NCBI RefSeq assembly: GCF_037042905.1
Contig: NW_026974140.1
Coordinates: forward strand, 870,001-934,000
Direction: 5' to 3'
DNA from: Lytechinus pictus
Lineage: Eukaryota
Length of the DNA: 64,000 nucleotides
In this document: piece after piece, positions 63,010-64,000 of the stretch
Layout: every line of letters begins with the position of its first letter
Numbering within the stretch: the first letter of the stretch is position 1
Notes under the pieces: model-generated
The model's input: the letters and a program-made list of their open reading frames with translations, nothing else
Databases searched by the model: none
Told to the model about the DNA's origin: nothing
Program-made: the position numbers and the translations under genes

Positions 63010-64000
63010 TGTCAGGGAAGAAGTTTATTGAATTTAATTCCTTTGATTAAACCCGTGTTCTGAGTTTATAAAGATAGTTCATGTGTTGTGAATATTTAAA
63101 CCTAGGTAAAAATGTACATATGTTTTGAATATTTCAAAATCAAGCGTTGGAAACGTTTGATACCCCCCCCCCCCCCCCCCCCTTATAGTACAAGTGCACC
63201 AGGTTTATGTCATATTTTGTACAGGTGTTAGAAATATTTCGTATTAGGTAAGCATTTTCATACAGTTGTCATAAATAGCTAATACTGTGCTTTAGCATTG
63301 ATGAAAGTAGGTGTACAGATGCACAGAAAGTGTCTTTTATTAATAGAATGTGTTGCTTAATGCACTCATCTGTTATTGAAATTCTTTGAATTACTTTATA
63401 GAAATTTTACAGTAAGTCCTAGTAACGGTAGAGTATATTAGGAGGTTAATTTCAGTAATTCAGGGAGAACCACCTAAGCTAGAATAGACCACCGATGTTA
63501 GTATAGTCAGTCAAAGTTAAGTCTGAGGGACTACGTCGGTGACGAGATAACGACCCCAGCTGACGCCGGTTCTCCACCGACATGATTGGTCAAAATTCAT
63601 GTCATCATTGGGGGCTCGATCTCGTCCACTAATTCGTTGAAGCCACATCTCTCTGATCTGGGGGCTACTCATCAAGGGACAACACAGTCTGCGGAGGCCG
63701 AGTGGAAGAGACATCGCAAGCTGCGGAGGTCAGGAACTGGACCGACCACCAGGGCCGATTGGGGCATGTCAGGCCAGATGAGATGACGGGGGCTCAAGTC
63801 AACAATTATTGTTAAGTTAAGTTATATTTTGTTACAATATTCATGTATATTTTCATGTACAATCATTGTAAAAGAAATCAAAAGAAAACAACAGGATGAT
63901 TGAAAAGATTTGATTAAGTCTTAATGACTGTATTTATCAGTTTTACGTATTCCTTATTTGGTGTCAAGCAGCAGTAGGTAAATATTTTTTTCTTTTAAGT
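63010..64000. mobile_element. Possible LTR (insertion beginning TGTCA), running off the window
   Basis: Abruptly interrupts the Academ-like arm and starts with TG. It is non-coding, with a GC-rich middle and AT-rich tail. The other end is not visible. Confidence 0.4.

Overview
AT-rich eukaryotic DNA, almost all transposable-element sequence. The repeat families look like those of a marine invertebrate, possibly a sea urchin (inference only). No prokaryotic operon, rRNA, tRNA gene or CRISPR array is visible. (1) A near-identical ~23.7-kb tandem duplication dominates the window: 1-22946 matches 23713-46658, and a complete unit spans ~22947-46658. Its junction cuts a Tx1-type LINE and carries a 39-bp templated insertion. 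(2) The unit is a deep stack of nested elements: a decayed intron-containing Harbinger transposase, TAG..CTA (Academ-like) foldback elements, a TGTA..TACA/CCGG (Ginger-like) element, an RTE fragment, a THAP-domain relic, hAT/Kolobok-type MITEs and two 5'-truncated CR1/L2-group LINEs. (3) A full-length but disabled Tx1/L1-clade retrotransposon (45682-50857, 13-bp TSD) sits inside a TTAA-type DNA transposon (41523-52568). (4) Further right are an internally deleted Tc1/mariner, a 5-bp-TSD element holding a 3.5-kb foldback element, another Harbinger end and a probable LTR. (5) The only host coding sequence recognised is one intact minus-strand exon of a WSCD-like sulfotransferase (62278-62466), which the ORF track misses. 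I found no convincing wholly new system. The best leads are the duplication junction, the Tx1-in-TTAA-transposon composite and the isolated WSCD exon.
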